This document shows, piece after piece, positions 42,847-52,370 of a DNA stretch of 64,000 nt (its first letter is position 1; every line of letters begins with the position of its first letter). The translations under genes were made by a program, and so were the position numbers. A model generated the notes under the pieces. The model worked only from the letters and a program-made list of their open reading frames with translations. It had not been told where the DNA came from and ran no database searches. The DNA comes from Myxococcota bacterium (GTDB taxonomy: Bacteria > Myxococcota_A > SURF-8), in assembly GCA_963674735.2 (NCBI GenBank), contig CAXXQS010000001.1, forward strand, positions 1,472,001 through 1,536,000. The letters run 5' to 3'.

Positions 42847-44016
42847 ATGAAACCACGCAGAGTTGCGATCATCGGCGCCGGGATCACCAAGTTCGTCCGG
42901 CGCGCGCAAGAAACCGGCAAGGAACTAGCCTGGCAAGCTTCGAAAATGGCCCTCGACAGTTGCGGTATGGAACTCGACCGCATCGAATCGGTGACCATGG
43001 GAACGGCACCCGACGCCTTCGATGGTGTCCACATGAAAGCGGAGTATCTTTGCGATGGTTCGGGCGGAAAGCTCAAGCCATACATGAGAAATTTCGTCGG
43101 CGGAGGAACGGGTGTTTTTGCCCCGATCCACGGCTATTTTCATATTGCCTCCGGGATGTACGACACCTGCATGGTGGTCTGTTCCGAAAAGATGTCGAGC
43201 GCCTACCCGCATCCGCAGGGCGCGTTCCTCACCATTTTCGACCACACCACCGAGCAACCGCTCAAACCGACCCTGATCTGGATCTTCGCCTTGGAGATGC
43301 AGCGTTATATGCACGAGAACGGCATCAAGAAGGAAGACATTGCGGCCGTATCGGTCAATAACAAGCGCAATGCTCTGGCACATCCGGCGGCGCAGATCCC
43401 GCAGGATCTGACCCTCGATGACGTGATGAATTCCGAGGTGCTGGTCGATCCCGTCCACCGCCTCGACATCAGTCCGGCCTCGGACGGCGCGTGTGCGCTG
43501 ATTCTGGCCAGCGAGCATGTGGCCCGCCGTTACACCGATAAGCCGGTGTTCCTCGACGGGCTGGGCTTTCAGCTCGACACGGCCTACTGGGCCACGCGCG
43601 ACCTGAAATATCCGCGCTATGTGGAAAAAGCGGCGCGGCAGGCTTACGACATGGCGGGCATCAAGAACCCCATGAAAGAAATCGACCTCGCCGAGCCTTA
43701 CGATCCCTTCAATTACAAGATGTTGCATCACCTTGAAGGTCTGCAGCTCGCTCCACGCGGCAAAGCGGCCGACCTGTTCCGGGAAGGTTTCTACCTGCGC
43801 GACGGCGGCCAGATTCCGGCTTGTCCCTCCGGCGGCGCGCTGGGGGTCGGCAATCCCATCGCCGCAACCGGCTTGATGAAGGTGGCGGAATTGTTCTGGC
43901 AATTACGTGGCGAAGCGGGCGATCGTCAGATCAAAGGAAACCCCAAAACCGGTGTCGCACAAGCCTGGGGCGACCTGATGCAGGTCGGAACCGTGCTCGT
44001 GTGCCGCAATTACTGA
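42847..44016 (+). CDS. Thiolase-superfamily protein lacking the catalytic Cys and His (Ltp3-like)
   Basis: GTAPDAFDGV, FVGGGTG at the Cys position, SDGA, EPYDPF, GGALGVGNPIAATG. Confidence 0.8.
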   Translation: MKPRRVAIIGAGITKFVRRAQETGKELAWQASKMALDSCGMELDRIESVTMGTAPDAFDGVHMKAEYLCDGSGGKLKPYMRNFVGGGTGVFAPIHGYFHIASGMYDTCMVVCSEKMSSAYPHPQGAFLTIFDHTTEQPLKPTLIWIFALEMQRYMHENGIKKEDIAAVSVNNKRNALAHPAAQIPQDLTLDDVMNSEVLVDPVHRLDISPASDGACALILASEHVARRYTDKPVFLDGLGFQLDTAYWATRDLKYPRYVEKAARQAYDMAGIKNPMKEIDLAEPYDPFNYKMLHHLEGLQLAPRGKAADLFREGFYLRDGGQIPACPSGGALGVGNPIAATGLMKVAELFWQLRGEAGDRQIKGNPKTGVAQAWGDLMQVGTVLVCRNY

Positions 44017-44032
44017 GGAAAGGAGCTGAATC

Positions 44033-44611
44033 ATGGCGACAGACGCATTGAAAGGCAAAGTCCTCGGCGGCACCAACGTCAAAGAGGAGGCCTTTAAAAA
44101 GAACCAGATACTCTACTCCCATTTCGAACCACGCATGGAATACGCCTGGGATAACGGCGTCGGAATCGGGATTTACCTGAGCGGACTGAAACAGGGCAAG
44201 ATCCTCGGATCGTATTGCAAGAAATGCGACCGCACGGTTTTGCCCGCCCGCGCCTTTTGCGAACTGTGCTTTCGTCCCACCGATGGTTGGGTGGAAGTGC
44301 AGGATACGGGCACGGTGGAAACCTTTTCCGTCTCGCGTATTCATTTCGATGCCAGCCGCCTGAAAAAAGGGGAAAAGCCCTATATTCCGGCAGTTATCTC
44401 AATCGACGGCGCAAGCGAGAAGATGGGCATCATGCACATGCTCGATGAAGTCGCGATCGAGGACATTCACATCGGCATGAAGGTCGAGGCGGTTTGGCGG
44501 CCGGAGGAGGAACGCGAAGGCACCATCCTTGATATCCGCTATTTCCGTCCGGTAAAGAAGGCGTCCAAACCTCGCGCGGGCAAGAAACCCTCGCCTAAAA
44601 AGCGCAAGTAA
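44033..44611 (+). CDS. DUF35 Zn-ribbon/OB-fold protein
   Basis: CKKC...PARAFCELC, GTVETFS, IGMKVEAVW. Confidence 0.9.
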   Translation: MATDALKGKVLGGTNVKEEAFKKNQILYSHFEPRMEYAWDNGVGIGIYLSGLKQGKILGSYCKKCDRTVLPARAFCELCFRPTDGWVEVQDTGTVETFSVSRIHFDASRLKKGEKPYIPAVISIDGASEKMGIMHMLDEVAIEDIHIGMKVEAVWRPEEEREGTILDIRYFRPVKKASKPRAGKKPSPKKRK

Positions 44612-44624
44612 AGGGGGGGACAAA

Positions 44625-45089
44625 ATGGCTATTCGAGATAAAATCACCCATACCACACATCTTTCCTACTTCGAAGGACAGATTCCGATCAGCTACCGCT
44701 ACACCTACGGTCTGGCCGGGGAAGCCTTCTTTCAGAAGTTCAAGCTGGGCAAGCTGATTGCGTCGGTTGAAAGCGACACCGGCATGGTTTACTGCCCGCC
44801 ACGAATTTTCTGCGAAGACACCTTCGAGGCCATCGACCAGATCGTGGAATTGGACGGCACCGGGACGGTTGAAAGCTACACCGTCGTTTTCGAAGATATG
44901 CACGGCGAGGAACAAGCTCCGGTCGTCATCGCTTACGTGGTGTTCGACGGCGCAGACGGCGGGTTTGCCGCTCCGCTTGACGTCAACCCGGAAGAAGCCG
45001 TGATCGGCATGGACGTCCAGCTGAAATTTGTCAAAAAAGCCGACCGCCAAGGCTGCATCAACGACGTGTATTTCGTTCCGATCAAATGA
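44625..45089 (+). CDS. Second DUF35 OB-fold protein, degenerate Zn ribbon
   Basis: YCPPRIFC, GTVESYT, IGMDV; first CxxC absent. Confidence 0.85.
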   Translation: MAIRDKITHTTHLSYFEGQIPISYRYTYGLAGEAFFQKFKLGKLIASVESDTGMVYCPPRIFCEDTFEAIDQIVELDGTGTVESYTVVFEDMHGEEQAPVVIAYVVFDGADGGFAAPLDVNPEEAVIGMDVQLKFVKKADRQGCINDVYFVPIK

Positions 45090-45098
45090 GCGAAGCCG

Positions 45099-45126
45099 GG
45101 CCGGGAGCCCTCTCCCGGCCTTCTTT
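45099..45126 (+). terminator. Intrinsic terminator-like hairpin
   Basis: GGCCGGGAG-CCCT-CTCCCGGCC-TTCTTT. Confidence 0.65.
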
Positions 45127-45172
45127 CGATCGGCTCCCCTAACCGGGGGTGCCAAATGCGACGAGGTGCGAA

Positions 45173-46330
45173 ATGGATTACAACCTGACACAGGAACAGG
45201 AAATCATCCGGAACTCCATCCGAGACTTTTCCGAAAACGAAATCGCACCGGTGGCGGAGGAACTCAGCCGCGAAGAAACCTTCTCAATCGAGCTGACGCA
45301 CAAGATGGGCGAGCTTGGATTGTTCGGCTGCGTGGTCTCGCCGGATTACGGCGGCCAGGGCATGGACTATCTAAGCTATATTATCGCTGTGGAAGAAATC
45401 GCACGGATCGACGGGAGCCAGGGAGCGACCGTAGCGGCCGGGAATTCACTCGGCATCGGACCCCTTTACTACTTCGGAAACGAAGAGCAACGCCGCAAAT
45501 ATCTACCGGATTTATGTACAGGCAAAAAGCTGTGGGGCTTCGGCCTGACCGAACCGGAAGCCGGATCGGATGCCGGTGGCAGCAAAACCCGCGCGGTGCT
45601 CGAAGCCGGACAATGGACCCTCAACGGTTCCAAAATTTTCATCACCAACTCGGCCTGTGAAATCAGCATGGGCTCGACCGTTCAATGCATTACGGGCAAA
45701 CAGGACAACGGCAAACCGGAATACAGCTGCATCCTGGTCGAAAACGGCACGGAGGGCTTCGAAGCGCGAGCCATGCACAAAAAGCTGGTCTGGCGCGCCT
45801 CCAATACCGGGGAATTGTATTTCGACAATGTCCGTGTCCCGGATGCCAATTTGCTCGGCCAGCGGGGTGACGGTTTTCGCCAGATGCTGGCCACCCTCGA
45901 CGCCGGACGCTTATCCATCGGCGCCATGGGGTTGGGCCTGGCTCAAGGCGCATTCGAAGCCGCCGCCCGCCACGCGGTTCAACGCAAACAGTTCAACAAA
46001 CCGATCGCCCGCTTTCAGGCGACTGAATTCAAGCTGGCCGACATGGCCATGCACATCGAAGCGGCCCGCAACCTGCTTTACAAAGCCTGCTGGCTCAAAG
46101 ACAACCACAAGCCATTCAAGCGTGAAGCGGCTATGGCCAAGCTTTACTGCTCGGAAGTAGCCCACGAGTGCGCCAACCATTGCGTGCAGATTCATGGGGG
46201 CTACGGGTTGATGGAGGAATATCCGGCCGCACGCTACTACCGTGATCAAAAGCTGCTGGAAATCGGCGAAGGCACCAGCGAAATTCAGCGGATCGTCATC
46301 GCACGTGAGGTACTCAAGCAGTTTGAATAA
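45173..46330 (+). CDS. Acyl-CoA dehydrogenase (third paralog)
   Basis: FGLTEPEAGSD, GSKIFITN, HGGYG, EIGEGTSE. Confidence 0.93.
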   Translation: MDYNLTQEQEIIRNSIRDFSENEIAPVAEELSREETFSIELTHKMGELGLFGCVVSPDYGGQGMDYLSYIIAVEEIARIDGSQGATVAAGNSLGIGPLYYFGNEEQRRKYLPDLCTGKKLWGFGLTEPEAGSDAGGSKTRAVLEAGQWTLNGSKIFITNSACEISMGSTVQCITGKQDNGKPEYSCILVENGTEGFEARAMHKKLVWRASNTGELYFDNVRVPDANLLGQRGDGFRQMLATLDAGRLSIGAMGLGLAQGAFEAAARHAVQRKQFNKPIARFQATEFKLADMAMHIEAARNLLYKACWLKDNHKPFKREAAMAKLYCSEVAHECANHCVQIHGGYGLMEEYPAARYYRDQKLLEIGEGTSEIQRIVIAREVLKQFE

Positions 46331-46350
46331 GCTTAACAGGGGACGGCATG

Positions 46351-46380
46351 AAAAAAGGCGCGGTTTCGGCCGCGCCTTTT
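46351..46380. terminator. Bidirectional terminator
   Basis: AAAAAAGGCGCGG...CCGCGCCTTTT between convergent genes. Confidence 0.8.
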
Positions 46381-46401
46381 GTATGGATGAGGCCCTTCAC
46401 A

Positions 46402-47298
46402 TCATTGGGTGATTTCCACGCGTAGAAGCTGTTGCCCGATAAAGACATAATCACCATGGAACAGTTCCTGTTCGTTCGTGATGCGATAGAACGTCCCGTT
46501 CTTCGAGCCGTTGTCGGCCAGAAAATACTTGCCGCCCGACTTGGTAATGCGCGCGTGTTTGCCACTGATAAACTGATCGTCGGCGTAATTTAGCGAACAA
46601 TTCTCGCGCCCGATCGTGAACGTCTCGGTTTCGATATGAATCACCGACCCGACGCGGCCATCTTCCAGAATGTGAGTGATGGTGAACCCGGGATTGCCGG
46701 ATGCGGGACTGCCCATGAACTCGGTGCCGTCGTCGTGTTTCTCAACCCCTTCCAGGCGTTGATATTCCTTGTTGTAGTTGGCGCGGAAAAGCTGCTCGCC
46801 CACACGGAACAACATGCCGTCTTTGAGTTCGACCGGCGTCCGCAGCTTGTAAAACACACCGTTCAGGCTGTTCTCGTCGCTCACGAAAAATTTACCGCCG
46901 AAATAGAAGAAATTCGCGTGTTTAGGGGAACAGTAACGATCTTCCGGGAAAAGAATAAACCCTTCCGCGCGACCCGCAAGATGATCGGTGCTGTTCAGAT
47001 TATAGGAAACTCCCTCGAATCCGCCACCTTTCACCAGAACGAGCTTGGCTTTGCCCTTTTCCTGCATCGCGCCGAAAAACATGGTTTTCCCGCCGCCCTC
47101 CGCTTCCTTGACGATTTTGGCCCCGCATTGGGTACAAAACAGGGACGTGGCGGGATTGATGGCTTGGCAGGCGCTACAGATGATATCGACGGATTCATCT
47201 TTGGGAAGTTGGCCTGTCTGTACCAAGTCGAATCCGCAATCCATGCAGAAGGTGGCTTCGGGCTGATTTTCCTTGCCGCAATTCGGGCAGGGTTTCAT
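46402..47298 (-). CDS. Double zinc-ribbon, tandem FHA-domain protein
   Basis: Four CxxC, then two FHA domains (GR...SPKH...SLNG; GR...SGKH...SKNGT); ATG after GGAGG. Confidence 0.88.
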   Translation of the reverse strand: MKPCPNCGKENQPEATFCMDCGFDLVQTGQLPKDESVDIICSACQAINPATSLFCTQCGAKIVKEAEGGGKTMFFGAMQEKGKAKLVLVKGGGFEGVSYNLNSTDHLAGRAEGFILFPEDRYCSPKHANFFYFGGKFFVSDENSLNGVFYKLRTPVELKDGMLFRVGEQLFRANYNKEYQRLEGVEKHDDGTEFMGSPASGNPGFTITHILEDGRVGSVIHIETETFTIGRENCSLNYADDQFISGKHARITKSGGKYFLADNGSKNGTFYRITNEQELFHGDYVFIGQQLLRVEITQ

Positions 47299-47488
47299 GG
47301 TCGCCTCCTTGGAGTTCCGATTCTGATCGGATGCATCATACACGAGCCGACAAAAACGGTCAAGTTGGGACGCTGTTTGCAGCTCCACCGATACAGAATT
47401 TTCCATGAAACAAAATGAAAAACCGGGAAGGACGTCAAGGCCCAACCCGGTTCCGAATGGTTTTCCAGCTTAAAATGTGTTTTGCCGT

Positions 47489-49321
47489 TTAGAACTTGGC
47501 CTGGACAATCAAAGCCACTCCGATTCGATTCGTGACCGAGGTGTCGTCGAACTCCTTGACAAGCGTTTCGCTGTTTTCGTCGGAGGTCGCCAGCTTGACC
47601 CGATTGGGATCGAACGCATAGCTCAATTCCGCCATGAAGGTCATGAAGGACGACAGCTCGAACTGCAAGTCGAATTTGGCTTCATAGATGTTCCCGGCGC
47701 TTTCACCGGTGGGCAAGATCTCGATGGGACGATTGAACGGCGACACATAACCGGAGGTCGCCGTTTGCCGTTTCACGACCGCCACCGGGGCGCTGTCGTC
47801 TCCTTTATACGTGGCCGGAATCTTCAAACCACCGGTCAAACCCAGGGTAAGATAGGCTTTCGGAATATAGTAATCCAGCGACAACACCCCGAACATTTCC
47901 GGGCGAATCTCTGCCGAATCCGGTAGGGATTGATAGGGAATGAAGCCCGGCGTATCGAAAAGCAGAAATTCCAGGCTGCGGGTGGCCGCTTCCAGATGGA
48001 TGCGCAGATAGTCGTACTTGATTTTTCCGGATACCAACGCCGCCCAACCGACAAAAGGTTTGGTGCCGTTCGTGGAATCCGGATCTTGCAGATTTTGGGA
48101 AAGGTAGTTGCCCTCTGCGGAAACCGCCCAAGAGAACGTGCCCTTCTCGTAAGTATCCGCTTTAGCGAGTTCGAGTTTTTTGCGCGGGTCGTTCTGAGAC
48201 AGGCGCAGGTCCATGCGATCGCCGATGGGAATACCGAACTGATAGGAGAAGCGGCTCGACACACCCCAAGCGAGAATGTCGTCACGGCTTTCATTACCCT
48301 CGATTTCGGCCATGCTGGGATTGTCGCCCTTCTCGATCACGCCGCCGTTCGCTTCGATCATCATACCATCGATGATCTTGGCCCCGGCCCCCATCAACCC
48401 GGCATAGACGGTCTCCACCGGTACGCGTTCGGTATTGAGCTTGTCTTTCTTCGGCTGCGGGTGCGTTTTGAACCCGGCGAACGCATAAAACCAGGGGTGC
48501 TCGAATCCCAGACGTAAACCGGGAACGCTGCTGGTATTCTGCGGAAAAGCCGTTTCTCCGGCCCAGGTCAGATCGTAGTGGAAACCGAGTAGAAAGCGAT
48601 CGGCATCGAAGGGAAAACCGGTAAGATCCAGAATCATCTCTTTGGCCGCGTCGTGATCGAAGATGTACCCGACACGCAGGAACGATCCGTCGTCACCGAA
48701 ACTGGGTTCGGCCGAACCATCCATGGGATCGGTCGACAACTTGAAACGAAGCACCAGAGCGGCTTCGGTCAGAACACCGGGCAGATAGCCGTCGGAGCGA
48801 TGATGCAGCACCAGGTTGGTCTGGTTGACGTCCACCGGCTGAATTTCGCCGGTCTCCCCGGTAAACTCGGAAACGTTTCGCTGGCCGATACCCATGGCGG
48901 GCGAGAATTCGCTGTTTTCCATCAGGTTGTCGTCGGCATAGGTAATGTTAAGCTTGGTATCGATGAAGTCGCTCAATTTGAAGGGATCGTGCATCTTCTC
49001 GAACGTACCGCGCTCCTTCTCCTCCGGCTCGGTCTCCGGCAGAGTTTGCGGATCGACAGCGTTTTCCTCATCGGCTACCGGCTTCGTCACAAACGGCGTG
49101 GGAACGGTTTCCGGCGCAGCAGCCGGTTCCGGTTCTGGAATTGCTTCCGGAGTCACTTCCGGCTCGGGTTCCGCCTTATCCGTTGCGTCTGCGGCAACCA
49201 GATCGGAATCATCTTCATTTAATAGCTTATCTTCGGTAATCTGGGCAAACGCGTTTGCGGACAGACCCACCCAAGCGACGAGCGTCGCAAACGAAATCCA
49301 TCGTACCCATCGTGTCATCAT
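47489..49321 (-). CDS. Probable outer-membrane beta-barrel protein
   Basis: Signal peptide (AFA), EP-rich linker, amphipathic strands, terminal IVQAKF. Confidence 0.65.
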   Translation of the reverse strand: MMTRWVRWISFATLVAWVGLSANAFAQITEDKLLNEDDSDLVAADATDKAEPEPEVTPEAIPEPEPAAAPETVPTPFVTKPVADEENAVDPQTLPETEPEEKERGTFEKMHDPFKLSDFIDTKLNITYADDNLMENSEFSPAMGIGQRNVSEFTGETGEIQPVDVNQTNLVLHHRSDGYLPGVLTEAALVLRFKLSTDPMDGSAEPSFGDDGSFLRVGYIFDHDAAKEMILDLTGFPFDADRFLLGFHYDLTWAGETAFPQNTSSVPGLRLGFEHPWFYAFAGFKTHPQPKKDKLNTERVPVETVYAGLMGAGAKIIDGMMIEANGGVIEKGDNPSMAEIEGNESRDDILAWGVSSRFSYQFGIPIGDRMDLRLSQNDPRKKLELAKADTYEKGTFSWAVSAEGNYLSQNLQDPDSTNGTKPFVGWAALVSGKIKYDYLRIHLEAATRSLEFLLFDTPGFIPYQSLPDSAEIRPEMFGVLSLDYYIPKAYLTLGLTGGLKIPATYKGDDSAPVAVVKRQTATSGYVSPFNRPIEILPTGESAGNIYEAKFDLQFELSSFMTFMAELSYAFDPNRVKLATSDENSETLVKEFDDTSVTNRIGVALIVQAKF

Positions 49322-49368
49322 CTGCCGTTTCTCCAAAGCTTATCGTCAAAAAGATGTAAGATCGCTTA

Positions 49369-50475
49369 TCAATCGAACGAGCAATTGGTGGCCGGAGCCT
49401 CCTCATCGCAGTATTCCGGTCGTTCACCGTATCCCCAGACATCACATGCGTCCCGGGGAACGATAATGTACTCCGAGTTGGGCTTGGGCACGCCGGAATC
49501 CGCCGACCAATGGTGGCGTAAGTTGCCGACCATGCGCGTGAAGGTAACGCCGCGTTCTTCCAGCGGATTAAAGGTGGGCAAGGCCTCGCGTGAAAGTACC
49601 ACGATGGCGGCCCCGCCAATTTTTCCGGTCCATTGCCCATAGGTAAAGAAGGTTTTCTCGGTTACGAAATTGACTTTCATGTTGTTGACCGCAACAAGGC
49701 CGCCCTCGAGCTTTTCCATGAAATCTTTGTCCGCCAATTGATTCGGCGACAACTCCACCGGTTCGGGAAGCGGATAATGGTTGCAGGCGATGCCGTAATC
49801 GGGAAACGAAAGCTCGGTCAGTCCGAAAAATTCGCTGATGGTACCGGAAACGAAACTAACGACATCCCCGCGGTCGACGTAGGGAACGTTATGTGTGTAG
49901 ACGTAGATGTGGTTGAATTCTTCGTCCAACACATCGGTGGCGAAAAATCCACTGAGCGTGGCATGTGTAACGACCATAAGCCCGTCCTCCACATGCATGA
50001 AATGCTTATCCCAGGCAGAAGCTTCGATATCTCCGGCCGGTGTCTGCAAAGTGGCCAAAGTAGGCTTCGGCAGATAAATCGGCTCGGAGACGCCCACCAC
50101 CAGTTCGTCGAGATCCTCGGCATACAAGCGGACCTGATTGAAGCCGCGCATCAGCGGGACGGTCAGCTCGTCACCATTTGCGGCATCGACATCCACTTCA
50201 CCGGTTCGAGAAAGAAATCCGTTAAGAGCTTTGAGGTGCAGGCGCCCCTGATAGTCCTCGATCGGGTCTCCTTCTTCGTCCAAAGCTTCGACACGAAACT
50301 CAACCGGAATTTCCTGGCTGCCATCCAATGGCGCGTCCACGGAGCCGGTCTCGCTCAGAATGGTAACCTTAAGGCTGGTCAGCCCTTTGTCTTTTTCTAT
50401 CACACCGGTATCGAAGCAGCCCCATACGGCCAATCCGACAAACACGGCGAGAAAGAATCGTTTCAGATCGTTCAT
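49369..50475 (-). CDS. Lipoprotein with an OB-fold-like module
   Basis: Lipobox VWGC; GFFATD...GDVV...GTISEFFGLTEL...EGGLV...IVPRD, similar to the repeats of the 1665-aa neighbour. Confidence 0.7.
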   Translation of the reverse strand: MNDLKRFFLAVFVGLAVWGCFDTGVIEKDKGLTSLKVTILSETGSVDAPLDGSQEIPVEFRVEALDEEGDPIEDYQGRLHLKALNGFLSRTGEVDVDAANGDELTVPLMRGFNQVRLYAEDLDELVVGVSEPIYLPKPTLATLQTPAGDIEASAWDKHFMHVEDGLMVVTHATLSGFFATDVLDEEFNHIYVYTHNVPYVDRGDVVSFVSGTISEFFGLTELSFPDYGIACNHYPLPEPVELSPNQLADKDFMEKLEGGLVAVNNMKVNFVTEKTFFTYGQWTGKIGGAAIVVLSREALPTFNPLEERGVTFTRMVGNLRHHWSADSGVPKPNSEYIIVPRDACDVWGYGERPEYCDEEAPATNCSFD

Positions 50476-50485
50476 GTTGCGTGCC

Positions 50486-52354
50486 TCAGTGTAACAGGCT
50501 GATTCGGCCATCGGTGACCGGTTCGATTTCGCGACGTTCCTCGATATAGTCGATCACCACATCTCGCAAGCTCAACATGGTGTCGGCTTTGGTCGTATTC
50601 TGCTCGAAAATATCGAAGCCCGATCCACCATCGGCGATGTAGTCATTCGTGGCAAGATTGAAAACGATATACGGTTTCAGAAGCTCGTAATCCTCCACGA
50701 TCTGAATACCCCCGATTTCAACCTCTTTCACACGACCAAGCGTACAATCAAGTACGCAACGCGCGCCGGAAATCTGTACCTGCGGCGCACACCCGTAGGC
50801 TGCCGTTCGCGATGCCACATAGTTGAACAGATCCTGGATTTCGGTGCCCGACATATACATGGTGGTAATCGAGTTTTCGAAGGGGAATATTTCGTAGAGT
50901 TTCTCGATGGTGATGGCCCCCTTGTCGAGGTCGGCGCGAATTCCCAACGAGTTGGTGATCGAGAAATCCGTTTCCACCTTCTCGCGAGCGCGCATGGCAT
51001 CGGCCACCAGATTTCCAAGCGGAGAATCACCCTCGGCCTTGCGAGGAAAATCGTCACGGGCCGTACCGATTTCACGTTTGAGATCCTGAGCGCGATTGAG
51101 TTCGAACTCGTAATCGTACATCATTTCAGCGACCAACGGATCTTGTCCCACCAATGAATTCCCGTCGGCGTCGCTTTCGCTGGTAATGGGAATCGCCTTG
51201 TAATCATGGCCGACGATCTTGCCGTCACGCACCACGATATCAAGGCGTCCAACACATTTATAATTGACCCCGGAATGGACGACCAAGGTTGTCTCGCCTT
51301 CCGGATTCACGATCTCCAGCGGTGGATAAATGACCACGTGATCGTGACCGCCGAAAATGATGTCGATATCCGGATTGTTCTTGGCCATCTGCACATCGCC
51401 GTGAACGCCCAGATGAGACAACACCACAACCAGATCGACCTGACTCCGAATCATGGGGACATAGGTTGCGATGACTTGATCGGTTTCCAGCGCACGCGCC
51501 CCCATACTGTTGTCGGCGTCACCCAGCGAGTTGAGCGAGCGTAGATTACCCATACCGATATACCCGACCTTCAGGCCGTTGTAGTCTCGGATGAAGAAGG
51601 GGGAAACCAATTCACCCAAACTCGTACTGTTGACATCGTCGGGGGCGTCCCACATGTAGTTGGCGTTGAGCACGGGGAAAGCGGCAAATTTGAATAACAC
51701 CTCGGCCAACCGTTTTGCGCCGCCGTCAAACTCATGGTTGCCGATAACCCCCACATCCACGCCCATGGTAGCCAAAGCCCGGACTTCCGGCTCACCCGCA
51801 AACAGGTTGAAAACCGGTGCGCCTTGAAAATAGTCACCCGTATCGACGTGCGCCACTCTGAGCGAACGTTCCCGCTCTTTGGCGATGGCCCATGCCACTC
51901 GGGCTGCACCACCGTACGTATAATCGGTGCAACTCGGCGCCGAACGCGTGTCTTCCAAACATGCCAGACATTCGGCGTTGTCGTAGGAACCGGATAGGCA
52001 GTCCGTGCAGAGTTCCTCAAATCGCGAGAAAAAGACACAATCACTGCATTCGCCGGAGACGTTGATTTCCGCCTCCGGGTCTCCGACTTCCTCTCGCTTG
52101 TATCCGATGCAACTCTGGCAATCGGAAAGCAGCTTTTCGGCCGGACACCGGTTGATTCCAAGCCGCTCATCCCAGGAATTCGGAACGTAACGATACGGCA
52201 GGATTTTCGAGTGGCTATCGGTTGTATGGAGGAAAGTCATCCGGATATCCTGGCCCGGATAGGCGATGTCCGTTCCTTCCGCCGTGCAACCAAACACGGC
52301 CGTGACCGCTCCGAGAAGGAGCAGCCACGCCGCGACGTTTGGAAAACGCTTCAT
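50486..52354 (-). CDS. Bifunctional metallophosphatase/5'-nucleotidase lipoprotein
   Basis: Lipobox VFGC; HTTDSHS, DTGDYFQG, GNHEFD, LSHLG, GGHDH; C-terminal GIRAD, PFEN, TNDYIADGGSGF. Confidence 0.92.
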   Translation of the reverse strand: MKRFPNVAAWLLLLGAVTAVFGCTAEGTDIAYPGQDIRMTFLHTTDSHSKILPYRYVPNSWDERLGINRCPAEKLLSDCQSCIGYKREEVGDPEAEINVSGECSDCVFFSRFEELCTDCLSGSYDNAECLACLEDTRSAPSCTDYTYGGAARVAWAIAKERERSLRVAHVDTGDYFQGAPVFNLFAGEPEVRALATMGVDVGVIGNHEFDGGAKRLAEVLFKFAAFPVLNANYMWDAPDDVNSTSLGELVSPFFIRDYNGLKVGYIGMGNLRSLNSLGDADNSMGARALETDQVIATYVPMIRSQVDLVVVLSHLGVHGDVQMAKNNPDIDIIFGGHDHVVIYPPLEIVNPEGETTLVVHSGVNYKCVGRLDIVVRDGKIVGHDYKAIPITSESDADGNSLVGQDPLVAEMMYDYEFELNRAQDLKREIGTARDDFPRKAEGDSPLGNLVADAMRAREKVETDFSITNSLGIRADLDKGAITIEKLYEIFPFENSITTMYMSGTEIQDLFNYVASRTAAYGCAPQVQISGARCVLDCTLGRVKEVEIGGIQIVEDYELLKPYIVFNLATNDYIADGGSGFDIFEQNTTKADTMLSLRDVVIDYIEERREIEPVTDGRISLLH

Positions 52355-52370
52355 CGATTCGTTTACCTTG

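Noticed and set aside
51929-52147. Multiheme cytochrome domain
   Set aside because: None of the CxxC motifs is followed by His.
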